NCBI GenBank assembly: GCA_964227855.1 | Contig: CAXQWT010000040.1 | Span: 2,548 to 66,547, forward strand | Source: Salipiger bermudensis | GTDB taxonomy: Archaea; Thermoplasmatota; Poseidoniia; Poseidoniales; Poseidoniaceae | DNA: 64,000 nt | Direction: 5' to 3' | Shown: positions 47,401-55,647 of the stretch, piece by piece | Numbering within the stretch: position 1 is the stretch's first letter | Layout: every line of letters starts with the position of its first letter | The notes under the pieces: generated by a model | Seen by the model: the letters and a program-made list of their open reading frames with translations, nothing else | Told to the model about the DNA's origin: nothing | Databases searched by the model: none | Program-made: the position numbers and the translations under genes

Positions 47401-49695
47401 GAAATCAAAGTGTTGAGAAGGCCTTCGAGTCCAATCACTGCCTGAGGTCGTTAGCCGACTCATCGTTGAACCATCCCAAATGAAACCACCAAGTTGTGTG
47501 CCGATCCAAAGATCGTTTCCATTCGCCTCAAGTGCGTAAACGGTGTTGCTTGTCATGATACTGTTGTCTGATGTGAGTGGCGTGAGTATTTCTCCAGTCG
47601 AGAGGTCTTTTCGTGCAACACCGTAGCCAGCGAGACCCATGTGGAGGACATCACCAACAACAGCCACGGGGGCATAATCGACACCGTTGACGCCGGTTGA
47701 GCCCCAGGCAGCAAGGAAGGTGTCGTTGCTGATGTCATAGCGTAGCAAACCTTCGTCTGAAGACCAATATCCGACACCGGCATATGTCGCAACTTGGCCG
47801 GTTAGGAGATAATCAGATGTGAGCAGTGTTGCAGAGCCAACTGCAGTTGAATCAACGTCTGCCCTGTATGCGGCGTACTCTTGGATAAAGAGAATCTGAC
47901 AACCACTGGTGGTGGTACAATCGCCAACAGCTGCAATGTCAACGATGTATTTTGAGTTTGAATCAGAGCTTGCACCTGCTGGTATGTTGGTTCGGATGGA
48001 TCCATTTTCAATGAGGAACAAACCATCGCCGAGGGTACCAGCGATGATTGTATCACCTGTGACGGCGAGAGATGTGACAGCATCACCTAGATTGATTGGA
48101 GTGAGCCAAACTGAGGAAGCAATGTCGAATCGGTCGATTGTTTCAGAAAAATAACCGGCAACGTAGAGGATTCCATTGTGTTCTAACGCATCCGTCAATG
48201 CAGGTGTTGATGGGCCACTTGCAAGAACAATTTCCTTGTTGACATTGCTTTGCATGCTTGCTTCAATGAGGACAATTCGCCCACCATCCGCTGCAACATG
48301 CATCATGGTTGATGGTGCACGCTCACCGCCAGGCGACCATGCAAACAGGGCGTTGTAGTCCGATTCACTCAGACCAGCATCGTTTAGAAGAATGGAAGAC
48401 CCAAAGACTCCAGTCGTCAAATTGTAACGAAGAAGTTGGTCACCGCTCATGATATGGAGCGTGTCTTGGAATGCTTTGATTCCTGAAACTTCATTGGAAG
48501 GAAGCCAATTTGCGTCACTCCATGTTGCCAACCAAAATCCAGAATTCCAATTGTATCTGGCAAGACCACTGTCGTCAGAAGCGAAGAGGAGCTGATTGCC
48601 TGCTGTTTCTATCGCAGTGATCTCGTTGCTGTGAAGGACATTGGCCGAACTCCAAACCGAGAGCGGTTGATTAGCGTTCAAATCGTATCTGCCAACTCCG
48701 TTATTCGTTGCAGCATACAGAATCCCGTTCTGCTCATGAAGGTCGTTGACTTCAGTGGATGAAGGCCAACTGTTAGAGGAAGCAGAAACAACTTGCGTCC
48801 AGACATTGGAGGCATCGAGTTCAAGGAGGGTACCGTCTCCTGTCATGGAGTAAATGCCTGAGGGGAGCACTTCGAAGAGAGCAATATCAAACCCTGCATC
48901 GGGGAGGCCATCACTGACGGTTCCATTGACGTGAGAGATGAGTTTGAACATTCCATTGGAGAAAGCAACGTGGAGATTGTTGTTTGGCCCAATGCCCATG
49001 CCGACAATTTCTGTATTGAGTTCGTCAAAATTGTAGAAGTCGATGAACGCCGGGTCGTTGTTTGCGTCAAGGACAAGGATTGTTGTACCACTTTGAAGGT
49101 ACAACTGGCCGTCCATTGGATGTTGAATTGCATCGTAAAGAGGAATGCTAACTGGGGTAAACGAAGTGATTGGGTCAACTGGAGCCAGTGCTTCAAAGGC
49201 AAGTTCTGTTATGACTGCATCTGAAGGGAGTGTCCACCCGGCTCCCGAAGCACTGTTGGGTGACAAGCGGTCTGAGTATGGATTCGCTCCATCAAAGGAA
49301 TCGGATGCGCCTAGTGTTCCAAGACCCCTCCAATCAAAGAGATTGACGCCGATATCGTTAGCAACGAGAAGTGGCTGATCAATCATCAACCCATTCGAAC
49401 CGTTCACATGGACTTGGAAGGATACGTTCGAGATCTCGGCACCAGGTGCGAATTCAAGCACCCAATCCGCCGTTGCTTGACTTGACAAGATCGGGTCTGC
49501 ACCAACGACTGCATCGAGTTGGACCCAACCCGTATCGTTGCTACCAGAAAGAGGCCAAGAGACGACATCATCGGCTTCATGTGCTGATGCAAGAGGTATG
49601 CCTGCGAGGGCTACAGACCACGAGGCAAGAAGCATGAGCATGGTCAAAAAGACGGCCTTGTTTTGACCGGCTCGGTTACCATAGCGGTTGCTCAT
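41419..49695 (-). CDS. Giant (2758 aa) cell-surface protein: signal peptide, extensive beta-propeller-type repeats, about five FN3-like domains, a C-terminal TM anchor and a Pro-rich cytoplasmic tail.
   Basis: Signal peptide FLTMLMLLASWSVALAGIPLASA. The central ~1900 aa are a G/S/T/W/Y-rich propeller-like repeat region. FN3-like repeats are DDGGETLTVEWTL...YLVYV, DDEGGRITVGWDA...YYVVYM, DDDGTAIDVVWSI...YIVWA and MDDGSALLLDFEL...YQVYA. The TM anchor is LLAAGLVVLSLFLLLAIV, then PPPPPTTP. Confidence 0.75.
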   Translation of the reverse strand: MSNRYGNRAGQNKAVFLTMLMLLASWSVALAGIPLASAHEADDVVSWPLSGSNDTGWVQLDAVVGADPILSSQATADWVLEFAPGAEISNVSFQVHVNGSNGLMIDQPLLVANDIGVNLFDWRGLGTLGASDSFDGANPYSDRLSPNSASGAGWTLPSDAVITELAFEALAPVDPITSFTPVSIPLYDAIQHPMDGQLYLQSGTTILVLDANNDPAFIDFYNFDELNTEIVGMGIGPNNNLHVAFSNGMFKLISHVNGTVSDGLPDAGFDIALFEVLPSGIYSMTGDGTLLELDASNVWTQVVSASSNSWPSSTEVNDLHEQNGILYAATNNGVGRYDLNANQPLSVWSSANVLHSNEITAIETAGNQLLFASDDSGLARYNWNSGFWLATWSDANWLPSNEVSGIKAFQDTLHIMSGDQLLRYNLTTGVFGSSILLNDAGLSESDYNALFAWSPGGERAPSTMMHVAADGGRIVLIEASMQSNVNKEIVLASGPSTPALTDALEHNGILYVAGYFSETIDRFDIASSVWLTPINLGDAVTSLAVTGDTIIAGTLGDGLFLIENGSIRTNIPAGASSDSNSKYIVDIAAVGDCTTTSGCQILFIQEYAAYRADVDSTAVGSATLLTSDYLLTGQVATYAGVGYWSSDEGLLRYDISNDTFLAAWGSTGVNGVDYAPVAVVGDVLHMGLAGYGVARKDLSTGEILTPLTSDNSIMTSNTVYALEANGNDLWIGTQLGGFIWDGSTMSRLTTSGSDWTRRPSQHFDFELDGSWMYAGTNIGVCRYSPSTGAIDDCLNVYDGMPNWATYAVGANSTTIFGGTFSGVGLIDKSSFTVDDEWEATATTSGAVVEVIDDVAYIGLTGIGVARWDITNSQWLTTWTDDNVLDNGNEVVTGIVADIRQGYVWIGGQDGFQLLGTANGTEFYDIEKSNSLYSGNGNPYDLTMYGYTMYYHQGTSSDSIYGIDVANFTAITPLDAGQRIGENGGDVVGLEIIGDTLLASVVSGQWWNQDGSGGIVQYDLPSSTWNTSVLPSGQVDRVTAFESSSGHTWISWGDIGLEVYSPSGTKLGFWDNLEFPIREIVEYDGLILFATEDGVERFNETSFSWQSTWTAGNGLPSNMGDWVGELWTDGNHLVVGSATFTGWGGFQRGVVGHLDGSSTTWSTFNTGQNGVPNGYPLSMSQCGSYLYIGLFNNNGGVTYMDLNSSSVQGSFTTSVLSNGRVAAVACDTADTLYVGYDASNQGISKYDTSTGAWMSKLTTASNNLPEDPMWLDAMNYANGKLMIGYDEGGGFAIISTLGAISGQASIQRIGTPVTSIQHTGTEWLIGQAGAASGYSRVDVLGSSGLYTAFELPALVSGNVRSMVSDGSKIWVATESAATTGNGGGQGSAGILQGTFNSSGGIDWEEGWSLPVFASIEDMLMDGTTIYITTSGSGMYTLNATTGVLQRQTGSIHNSLGGMDMHQSNGVSTLYIGLLGTFSTAAGVQSFDISTQQFGGGQLLSGLPSDNIQGFAFSNDHVYVATQNGIGRWNISADDWDNPLTTADGLPSSNIEDIKFISNTLYIASASGLTQYIPTTGAITTNSSADGLLGNSVWSIETYSPPGISGSYNLILGHDGAGSERPGASIMDSSNNAVIETHRFDQLPSNYVTAVASDYAGLHIATDVGPMIHFDGLSNEFEDGLSGSQIPSWPIYRMSSDGTHLMLMGLNAMTIVEAHTASHSSVKSATIRNPTNVAVGANGFWLTTSDAGLRGWTPATAFDEMESQTSRYANPLNIGFNSQYMDISNMTHPGYRIDLVTPNSPVELDNSVGQAGIHGLLFQTVPLIMTSPVSNAAVWAKSTTLRYDAVLELDNTTGVEDGLQLAINNGQLINGTRFVPVKLIAPTNGSIEVRLTYDWVRLDTPVEISDMYDRPDDGGETLTVEWTLVHDPDFSRYLVYVSDQPWTGLPTDIDLVGRIIDKSESIHSRLKADVTTANGVPLVDGVDYYALVVVEYNNGRYGLPSQVFGPVTTSNEVPTPPKWATAQPLSGGVAGDLETEWARCTALDLLETRIYASSQAMTNILGLNVEASVLPTEGNTTILNLEPGKPYWLGFTCVDLTGQEDIMNATIIGPVVPTGGVDDGLAPAKLENVWAIDTPDDEGGRITVGWDASDASDCAYYVVYMITGVVFTTYPSSVAGFSESTIVNNCDDNTTIVSQLDDLPLVNNLEYYIGVVAFDTWLNGNLNDVEIVTATPIDNSNGAAMPPNRIENIQAYDHPDDDGTAIDVVWSISDAGDFSKYIVWAADKPVEDVSYLWNMYGDDSATCGCIVIDKQWIDEDKNPIELTLNTALYGVGTQTDQFGPADTPQLIKPGIELFVTVTVHDLQGNVYTDSLLSASVVPINNFEDTTPPPRLDNVSLSDRPMDDGSALLLDFELSEASDVDQYQVYAASWSFTSVGVGADGPNEPIATLERNPDLPFTISTLAGDLPVLAGQETWVAVVPVESSGNSIKTDLTVVSSQSIDDGVTDPGNYLPSIDGITLTWVEETDILVTWNHSNDLDVKGYQIHINSEDFMDISDATFVGETRTANSFVISATVFPDLVNSSDWFISVTTFDENEVRKSVDAKKINSVDASNQVTEETNSENNLESLLTTPNLLAAGLVVLSLFLLLAIVRGRGNRNQKEKEWEIQTATWGISDDSWDNPPQSNVPPPPPTTPVQAESLFRAAERIESQDIGREQYVAPRPVMNPVRTPIDESLLNDLDIGTPQEKTSSGIDTSFLDDLL

Positions 49696-49753
49696 GAGGA
49701 CAATGCAATCACTTGACTACATAAAGGCCCTGTGTCGTTGACAGAACAACGCA

Positions 49754-51223
49754 TCATTCTAAATCAGACAATTCGCCCTGTTCATTGACGAAAAGAAGTC
49801 GAATTGTGGAGGTTCTTCCTGATATTGCTAAGGGTGAACCAGAGATGGCGACAATGGTATCATGAGGGCGAATTTTCTTCTTTTCATACAGTTGCTTAAC
49901 CGCTTCAGCAACGGTAGAACGCGCACGTGATTGCTCCTCGACGATGAGGCACTCAACTCCGGGTAGAATCGTTGTGCGCCGAGCAGCTCGAATCCGGTTT
50001 GTCATGGCGTAAATTGGAATTCTCGGACGATGTGCAGCCATCAAACGTGCAGCATTCCCATGTTCGGTTCCTACAATGAGGTGCTTTGCGTCTGTTTCAC
50101 GAGCGATTTCAATCGCGGCCCCTGCAATAACTCGCGTTGAAACAAATGCTGCTAGGGCAGGAGGATCTGGCAATCCCTTTGTTGACCGCTCAACAGTTTC
50201 TGCAATTCGAGCCATTGTTTCCACTGCTTTTACCGGATGTTGCCCACCGGCGGTCTCTCCTGACAACATGACTGCGCTGACATGTTGGCGTATCGCAGTA
50301 GCAACATCCGTCACTTCAGCTCGAGTAGGTCTGGCATGATTGACCATGCTCTCCAACATCTGTGTGGCCACGACAACAGGTGTGCCACGTTGAAGACATG
50401 CTGACACGATTCGTTCCTGGGCGGCGGGAACTTCTTCGAGAGGTATTTCAACGCCCAAATCTCCTCGGGCGACCATGACGACATCAGCTGATTCAACAAT
50501 TGCAGTGAGGTCCTCAAGAGCAGCGGGATGTTCGATTTTTGCAACGATCCAAGTATGAACTCCGGCAGCTTGTATTCGCTCACGAGCAGGAAGCAAATCA
50601 GCAGCGCTTCGAACATAGGAGACCGCTACAAAATCTACATTTTGGGACAGTGCATGATCGAGACAATCAATGTCATGAGGTCCTACAGCAGGAAGTTTGA
50701 CCAGTGTTCGAGGGACGTTGATTCCCTTTCGCTCTGTTAGAATGCCACCGTCCTCAACCCGACAACGAACAATCTCGCCCTCGAAATCTGGTGCTGAGAG
50801 AACCTCGAGCCGGATGAGGCCATCTGAGAGAAGAACAGGATCACCTTTCTGAAGGTCTTTTGACAACCCGTCCCATTCAACGGGGAGGGTTTTGACCATC
50901 TCACCAAGGATGGTTGTACTTCGAGGTGGCAATCCTTCAGCGTATCCACAATGGAGATCAACAAGTTCACCTCGCAGCAACTCGACTTCGCCCTCAAACC
51001 GCCCTAGCCGAAGTTTCGGCCCTGGCAAATCGGCCAGTAATCCGATGTGCATGCCCGTTTTCGCTTCCGCACCTCGGATGTTCTGAATCGTTTGTTCCTT
51101 GCCCTCAAAATCACCGTGTGAATAATTGAGGCGAGCAATGTTCATGCCTGCTTGCATCATTTCTGCCAGCGTATCCACATTGTCGCTTGCAGGGCCAATC
51201 GTAGCAATAATTCGAGACCTCAT
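49754..51223 (-). CDS. pyk: Pyruvate kinase.
   Basis: RIIATIGPAS...NIARLNYSHG, the K/Mg-site region MVARGDLGVEIP and a C-terminal allosteric domain. Confidence 0.9.
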   Translation of the reverse strand: MRSRIIATIGPASDNVDTLAEMMQAGMNIARLNYSHGDFEGKEQTIQNIRGAEAKTGMHIGLLADLPGPKLRLGRFEGEVELLRGELVDLHCGYAEGLPPRSTTILGEMVKTLPVEWDGLSKDLQKGDPVLLSDGLIRLEVLSAPDFEGEIVRCRVEDGGILTERKGINVPRTLVKLPAVGPHDIDCLDHALSQNVDFVAVSYVRSAADLLPARERIQAAGVHTWIVAKIEHPAALEDLTAIVESADVVMVARGDLGVEIPLEEVPAAQERIVSACLQRGTPVVVATQMLESMVNHARPTRAEVTDVATAIRQHVSAVMLSGETAGGQHPVKAVETMARIAETVERSTKGLPDPPALAAFVSTRVIAGAAIEIARETDAKHLIVGTEHGNAARLMAAHRPRIPIYAMTNRIRAARRTTILPGVECLIVEEQSRARSTVAEAVKQLYEKKKIRPHDTIVAISGSPLAISGRTSTIRLLFVNEQGELSDLE

Positions 51224-51377
51224 ATGTCGCCCTCATTCACCCATGCATACACGTCATCCATAGTCCTTCCATTGAAAACGGTGTATTCAATCAACGTTCA
51301 GAACCTTGCGAAATAAGCGGATAACGAGCGAAGACTCAAACCATTGATGCGTTCAAGCATACGTTAAGGGGAACAAA

Positions 51378-53696
51378 ATGGACGATAAGAAAGACCAACT
51401 TCTTCGACAAGAAGCCCTTGACTATCATGAGGAATCGCCTCAAGGAAAAATCAAGGTTGTACCAACAAAACCCCACTCAACCGCCCACGAACTTTCGCTT
51501 GCATATTCACCAGGGGTAGCCTATCCCTGCCTTGAGATTGCAAAACGTCCTGAGGATGCCTACAGATATACTTCGAAAGGAAATCTGGTCGCCGTCATTT
51601 CCAACGGAACAGCCGTTCTTGGCCTTGGAAACATTGGGGCACTTGCAAGCAAGCCGGTTATGGAAGGGAAGGGTTTGTTGCTCAAAACCTTCGCAGATAT
51701 CGACGTTTTTGACATTGAAATTGATGTGACCGATCCTGAAGAATTCATACAGACGGTCGTCAACATTTCCAAGACCTTTGGAGGAATCAATCTTGAGGAC
51801 ATCAAAGCCCCTGAATGTTTTGAAATCGAACGCCGAATTGCAGAGGCAACAAATATTCCCGTCATGCACGATGATCAGCATGGTACTGCGATAATATCTG
51901 GGGCGGCGTTGTTGAATGCAGTTGAATTACAAGAAAAGCAATTGGATCAAATCTCGGTCGTCGTCGTAGGGGCTGGGGCCTCAGCCTTTGCATGCGCAGA
52001 ACACTATGTTGCACTTGGTGTCCAACGTTCGAACATCAAGATGGTTGATTCTCAAGGGATTATCACGAAAGCACGTCTAGACCGTGGGGAACTAAATCAA
52101 TACAAGGCGAAGTTTGCTGCTGATTGTGAAGATGGGCAACTTATTGATGCCATGAAGGGAGCTGATGTCCTTCTCGGCCTTTCCAAAGGAGGTTTGGTTT
52201 CACAAGAGATGGTTGCAGCAATGGCGGATAAACCGATTCTGTTCGCTTTGGCGAATCCTACCCCAGAAATCATGCCGGAAGAGATTCTTGAAGTGCGTAA
52301 CGATGCCATCATCGCAACAGGACGCTCGGACTATCCAAACCAAGTCAACAATGTTCTTGGATTCCCGTACATTTTCCGAGGTGCACTTGACGTGCGGGCA
52401 CGTGACATCACTCAAAACATGAAGATGGCAGCCACGCGCTCACTTGCTGAACTTGCAAAGGAACCGGTCCCAGACTACATTTCAGCTGCCTATGATGGGG
52501 CGACAATGGAGTACGGACCAGAGTACATTATTCCTAAACCATTTGATCGTCGAGTACTGATTTGGGAGGCTTCGGCGGTCGCCCAAGCCGCTGTTGATGA
52601 GGGCATTGCATCGGTTACGAGCGAAGAATTCTCACTGCAATCATACCGAGAAGATTTGGAAGCACGTTTGGGCATGACCTATTCTATCATGCGGAGCATT
52701 ATCAATCAAGTCCGACGTCGCAACAAGCGCATTGTCTTCCCTGAAGGTGACAATGAGAAGGTGATTCGTGCTGCGGCTCAACTGGCAGAACAGAAAATTT
52801 GCAAGCCAATCTTACTCGGTCCGGTCGATCGTATTGCTCGAATGATGGAAGAAATGCACTTCACCTTCGACTACGAATGTTACGATCCACGTTTCGATGA
52901 ACGTCGCAAAGGTGCCTATACGGATGCATTGTTTGAACGAAGAAAACGAAAAGGCGTGACAAAGGTGGATGCTGCACGATTGCTGAAAAGCCGTCCATAT
53001 TTCGCAAGTCAGATGGTCGAAGCTGGCGATGCAGATGGCTTTGTTGGAGGCGTCAGTCGAAACTACAGCGACGTCCTACGTCCCGTATTGGAAACCATTG
53101 GAGCCTCTGATGATGCACACTGCCTCATCGGCTGTTACATGGTTACGGTCAAAGGAAAGATTCTGTTCCTTGCTGATGCGACAGTGAACGTTTATCCAGA
53201 CAGCAGGACACTTGCTGAAATCGCGGTTCAAACAGCAAAGGTCGCTCGTAGATTCGGGGTTGATCCAAAGGTTGCTATGCTCTCCTTTTCCAACTTTGGA
53301 AGTACACGTGCGCAGCGTAGTGATCGGATTGAAGAGGCGGTTGAAATGGCCCGCATACTCGACCCAACTTTGGTCATAGACGGGCCAATGCAAGCAGATA
53401 CTGCTCTGGACTCAAACGTTCAGAAGGAATATCCATTCATGGAATTCACAGGTCCAGCAAATGTCCTTGTTCTACCAAATTTGGCGTCTGCGAACATTGT
53501 TTACAAGATGCTTGAACAACTTGCAGATGCTGAAATGACCGGGCCAATTCTTGAGGGAATGAAACATCCAGTCCAACTCGTAGCCCGTCAAGACGGCGTT
53601 CGCCACATCGTTAACATGGCAGCAATTTGTGTTGCTGACTCGATGAGAAAGGATTCCTATTGGGAAACACTAGCCAACAGTTCATCTGATTCTTGA
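51378..53696 (+). CDS. maeB: NADP-dependent malic enzyme of the MaeB type: malic enzyme fused to a phosphotransacetylase-like domain.
   Basis: The malic enzyme N-terminus is LSLAYSPGVA, with the Rossmann loop VVVGAGASAFA. The C-terminal ~330 aa form a PTA-like domain (FPEGDNEKVIRAAAQL...). Length ~770 aa. Confidence 0.9.
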   Translation: MDDKKDQLLRQEALDYHEESPQGKIKVVPTKPHSTAHELSLAYSPGVAYPCLEIAKRPEDAYRYTSKGNLVAVISNGTAVLGLGNIGALASKPVMEGKGLLLKTFADIDVFDIEIDVTDPEEFIQTVVNISKTFGGINLEDIKAPECFEIERRIAEATNIPVMHDDQHGTAIISGAALLNAVELQEKQLDQISVVVVGAGASAFACAEHYVALGVQRSNIKMVDSQGIITKARLDRGELNQYKAKFAADCEDGQLIDAMKGADVLLGLSKGGLVSQEMVAAMADKPILFALANPTPEIMPEEILEVRNDAIIATGRSDYPNQVNNVLGFPYIFRGALDVRARDITQNMKMAATRSLAELAKEPVPDYISAAYDGATMEYGPEYIIPKPFDRRVLIWEASAVAQAAVDEGIASVTSEEFSLQSYREDLEARLGMTYSIMRSIINQVRRRNKRIVFPEGDNEKVIRAAAQLAEQKICKPILLGPVDRIARMMEEMHFTFDYECYDPRFDERRKGAYTDALFERRKRKGVTKVDAARLLKSRPYFASQMVEAGDADGFVGGVSRNYSDVLRPVLETIGASDDAHCLIGCYMVTVKGKILFLADATVNVYPDSRTLAEIAVQTAKVARRFGVDPKVAMLSFSNFGSTRAQRSDRIEEAVEMARILDPTLVIDGPMQADTALDSNVQKEYPFMEFTGPANVLVLPNLASANIVYKMLEQLADAEMTGPILEGMKHPVQLVARQDGVRHIVNMAAICVADSMRKDSYWETLANSSSDS

Positions 53697-54520
53697 AGCC
53701 CTTCTTCGTATGGAATCGAAGGTCGCCGTGGCCGCCAAATGGCCCCCGTTACAAACCCAGCAACAAGACCACCAAACAAGAGATTAGCCCAACCATCGAT
53801 GGCATAGGATCCAAAGCCTCGAATCACTGGAATCAAAAATGATGGAATGACCCCCAATATCGTCGTCCAAACAACTTCAGTTCGAAGGTTGCCAATGACA
53901 TCAGCACTCATGGGCACGCGTCGTGCTGGTTCGTTTCGTTTCGGTGAAAGAACAAACCTTAGCACAGTGTTGGGAAGAGGTCGATCGACTGGGATGTTTG
54001 ATGTTGCGTATGTCTCTGTTTTCCGAGGATGCATCTCAACAGCAAGCCGGTGATGCTGAAGCGGTCCATCTGTCTCGTTAGGTCTTGGGCGTCCATCCAT
54101 CATGCCTCCGCGGTGGCTCGTAGCGGCGGCATCACTGAGTATTTCGACGACACCTGGTTCAAGTTCGATGGAGGGAAAAGCATGACTCCACTCAGGAAAC
54201 GATGGCAATCGCGCTTCTAATGAAGCATCCATATTCATTGAATTGAATTCTGATTGAATCGTTGTTTGAAGTGATTGAATCTCGTCAACTGTAAGTCCAA
54301 TCATCGGTTCATTTGCATGTTCAGGCTGCTCAGATTCTGCCAGCAATTGTGCGACTTGGCCACGGGTCAGTGGTTTCTGCAAGATGTAGAACGATGGAAG
54401 TCGAACCTCATACCGGGGACGTTGGCTGGCGTAGATCCATCCACCTTTGGCGCTTCCAAGCCATGAACTTCCAGAAGCGATAGGAATGAATTCGAGTCCA
54501 CTGATACTGATGCTTTCCAC
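53657..54520 (-). CDS. Compact FGE-sulfatase (SUMF1/EgtB-type) domain protein with C-terminal TM segments.
   Basis: FIPIASGSSWLGS...RPRYEVRLPSFYILQKPLTRGQV...HRGG follows FGE-domain landmarks in shortened form. The C-terminal ~80 aa are hydrophobic. The call is tentative. Confidence 0.35.
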   Translation of the reverse strand: MESISISGLEFIPIASGSSWLGSAKGGWIYASQRPRYEVRLPSFYILQKPLTRGQVAQLLAESEQPEHANEPMIGLTVDEIQSLQTTIQSEFNSMNMDASLEARLPSFPEWSHAFPSIELEPGVVEILSDAAATSHRGGMMDGRPRPNETDGPLQHHRLAVEMHPRKTETYATSNIPVDRPLPNTVLRFVLSPKRNEPARRVPMSADVIGNLRTEVVWTTILGVIPSFLIPVIRGFGSYAIDGWANLLFGGLVAGFVTGAIWRPRRPSIPYEEGLQESDELLASVSQ

Positions 54521-54524
54521 GAAA

Positions 54525-55214
54525 TCACTTCAGTTGTTGTTCCATTAATCTGTACCACTTCATGCCCACTTCATGCTCCTCGAGCAATTTGAATTGCTTG
54601 AACGGCGAAATCGATCGCATGTAGCCAAAGGCAGCGAAGTCGACAAGGTTTGGCTCTTGTCCCCCAAAGAAGGATTGACCGTCAAATGAAGCGGTGTAAT
54701 CGGTCAGTAAATCGTGCCAGAGTTTTTTTGGTGTTCGCCCGTCTTTCTTTACTCGTTTTCGAGCAATGATGCCCCACATGATTGGAAAGCCCGCCCATGC
54801 ATAGAGCCTTCGGGAAATGAATCCAAATTTTTCTAGTTTTGAGACGCGGCGTGTAGTGCTTAGTGCGGATCCTAATGATCCGTACAAAATCGGAATGGTT
54901 GCACGTTTCCAAGCCTCATCAACGTGAGAAAGCATTGCATCGTATCGCTCGCTACCGCTGTCTTTGGAAAGGGAACTGTTGTTGTATTTCTCATCGATGT
55001 AATACATGATCGGAGTTGAGTCCACAACTACTTCACCGTCATTATCGGTGAAAACAGGAACCTTGTTCCATCCGTTGGTGAAAGAGAGCTCCTTCTTTGT
55101 ACGCATCGCATTGACCTGGACTTCGCGAACGTCGAGTCCTAGATGTTCGACGAGTCCACGTACTTTCCATGAGAACGGACAGGTTTGCAGCACGTGCAAG
55201 GTTGCTTGGCTCAT
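54525..55214 (-). CDS. GST/glutaredoxin-2-like thiol transferase (mPGES2-like thioredoxin-fold N-domain plus GST C-domain).
   Basis: LHVLQTCPFSWKVRGLVEHLGL...VPVF..DGEVVVDSTPIM is a CPFC-type GST_N domain. A helical GST_C-like C-terminus follows. The ATG at 55212-55214 was chosen; the ORF-track start is a TTG. Confidence 0.5.
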   Translation of the reverse strand: MSQATLHVLQTCPFSWKVRGLVEHLGLDVREVQVNAMRTKKELSFTNGWNKVPVFTDNDGEVVVDSTPIMYYIDEKYNNSSLSKDSGSERYDAMLSHVDEAWKRATIPILYGSLGSALSTTRRVSKLEKFGFISRRLYAWAGFPIMWGIIARKRVKKDGRTPKKLWHDLLTDYTASFDGQSFFGGQEPNLVDFAAFGYMRSISPFKQFKLLEEHEVGMKWYRLMEQQLK

Positions 55215-55240
55215 GGTGGTCCCCAATTGAATGACCTTCT

Positions 55241-55576
55241 TCAATCCTCGTTAACGTCTTGGTCAGGCCGCCAACCGGGTTTCCAAAATTCATCATCGTC
55301 TAACCATCCCACCCATTCATCATCCGCACATGCAAGCAAGCGGTAAGCCCGGCTTTCGAGACCTTCACGATTGTATTCTGGCAACGTACCTTCAGTAAAG
55401 GCTTGATGCCAATGAACCTGCATTTGTCGAATTTCTCTTCGTGCTCCTTCCGGATTATCGAAGTTCATTTCGCAGACATCGCGCAACTCTGAAAGCCACT
55501 GCCGCGTATCCTTGCGAAGAGGATCATCAATCCGATGCTTAGGGGTTGATTTCCTCTTAAACGGCCACCAACCCAT
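55241..55576 (-). CDS. Small hypothetical protein (111 aa); its stop abuts the downstream GST-like gene.
   Basis: The ORF is W-rich and charged, with no recognisable domain. It is positioned as the first gene of a three-gene minus-strand unit. Confidence 0.3.
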   Translation of the reverse strand: MGWWPFKRKSTPKHRIDDPLRKDTRQWLSELRDVCEMNFDNPEGARREIRQMQVHWHQAFTEGTLPEYNREGLESRAYRLLACADDEWVGWLDDDEFWKPGWRPDQDVNED

Positions 55577-55599
55577 AACAGTACTTTCAGTCCCTATGC

Positions 55600-55624
55600 T
55601 TTCATCTTTCGCATGAAGATGAAA
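55600..55624. promoter_or_regulatory. Perfect 9-bp inverted repeat (TTTCATCTT-n7-AAGATGAAA) in the 71-bp divergent intergenic region; a candidate operator.
   Basis: Read directly from the sequence: cTTTCATCTTtcgcatgAAGATGAAAaac. It lies between the minus-strand start at 55576 and the rlmH start at 55648. Confidence 0.4.
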
Positions 55625-55647
55625 AACACGAACGCATTCGGGACTTC

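Noticed and set aside
51224-51377. Possible shared regulatory element in the divergent pyk-maeB intergenic region (weak TTGAA-n9-TTCAA inverted repeat).
   Set aside because: Only 5-bp arms, and no convincing TATA on either side. It is insufficient to call.
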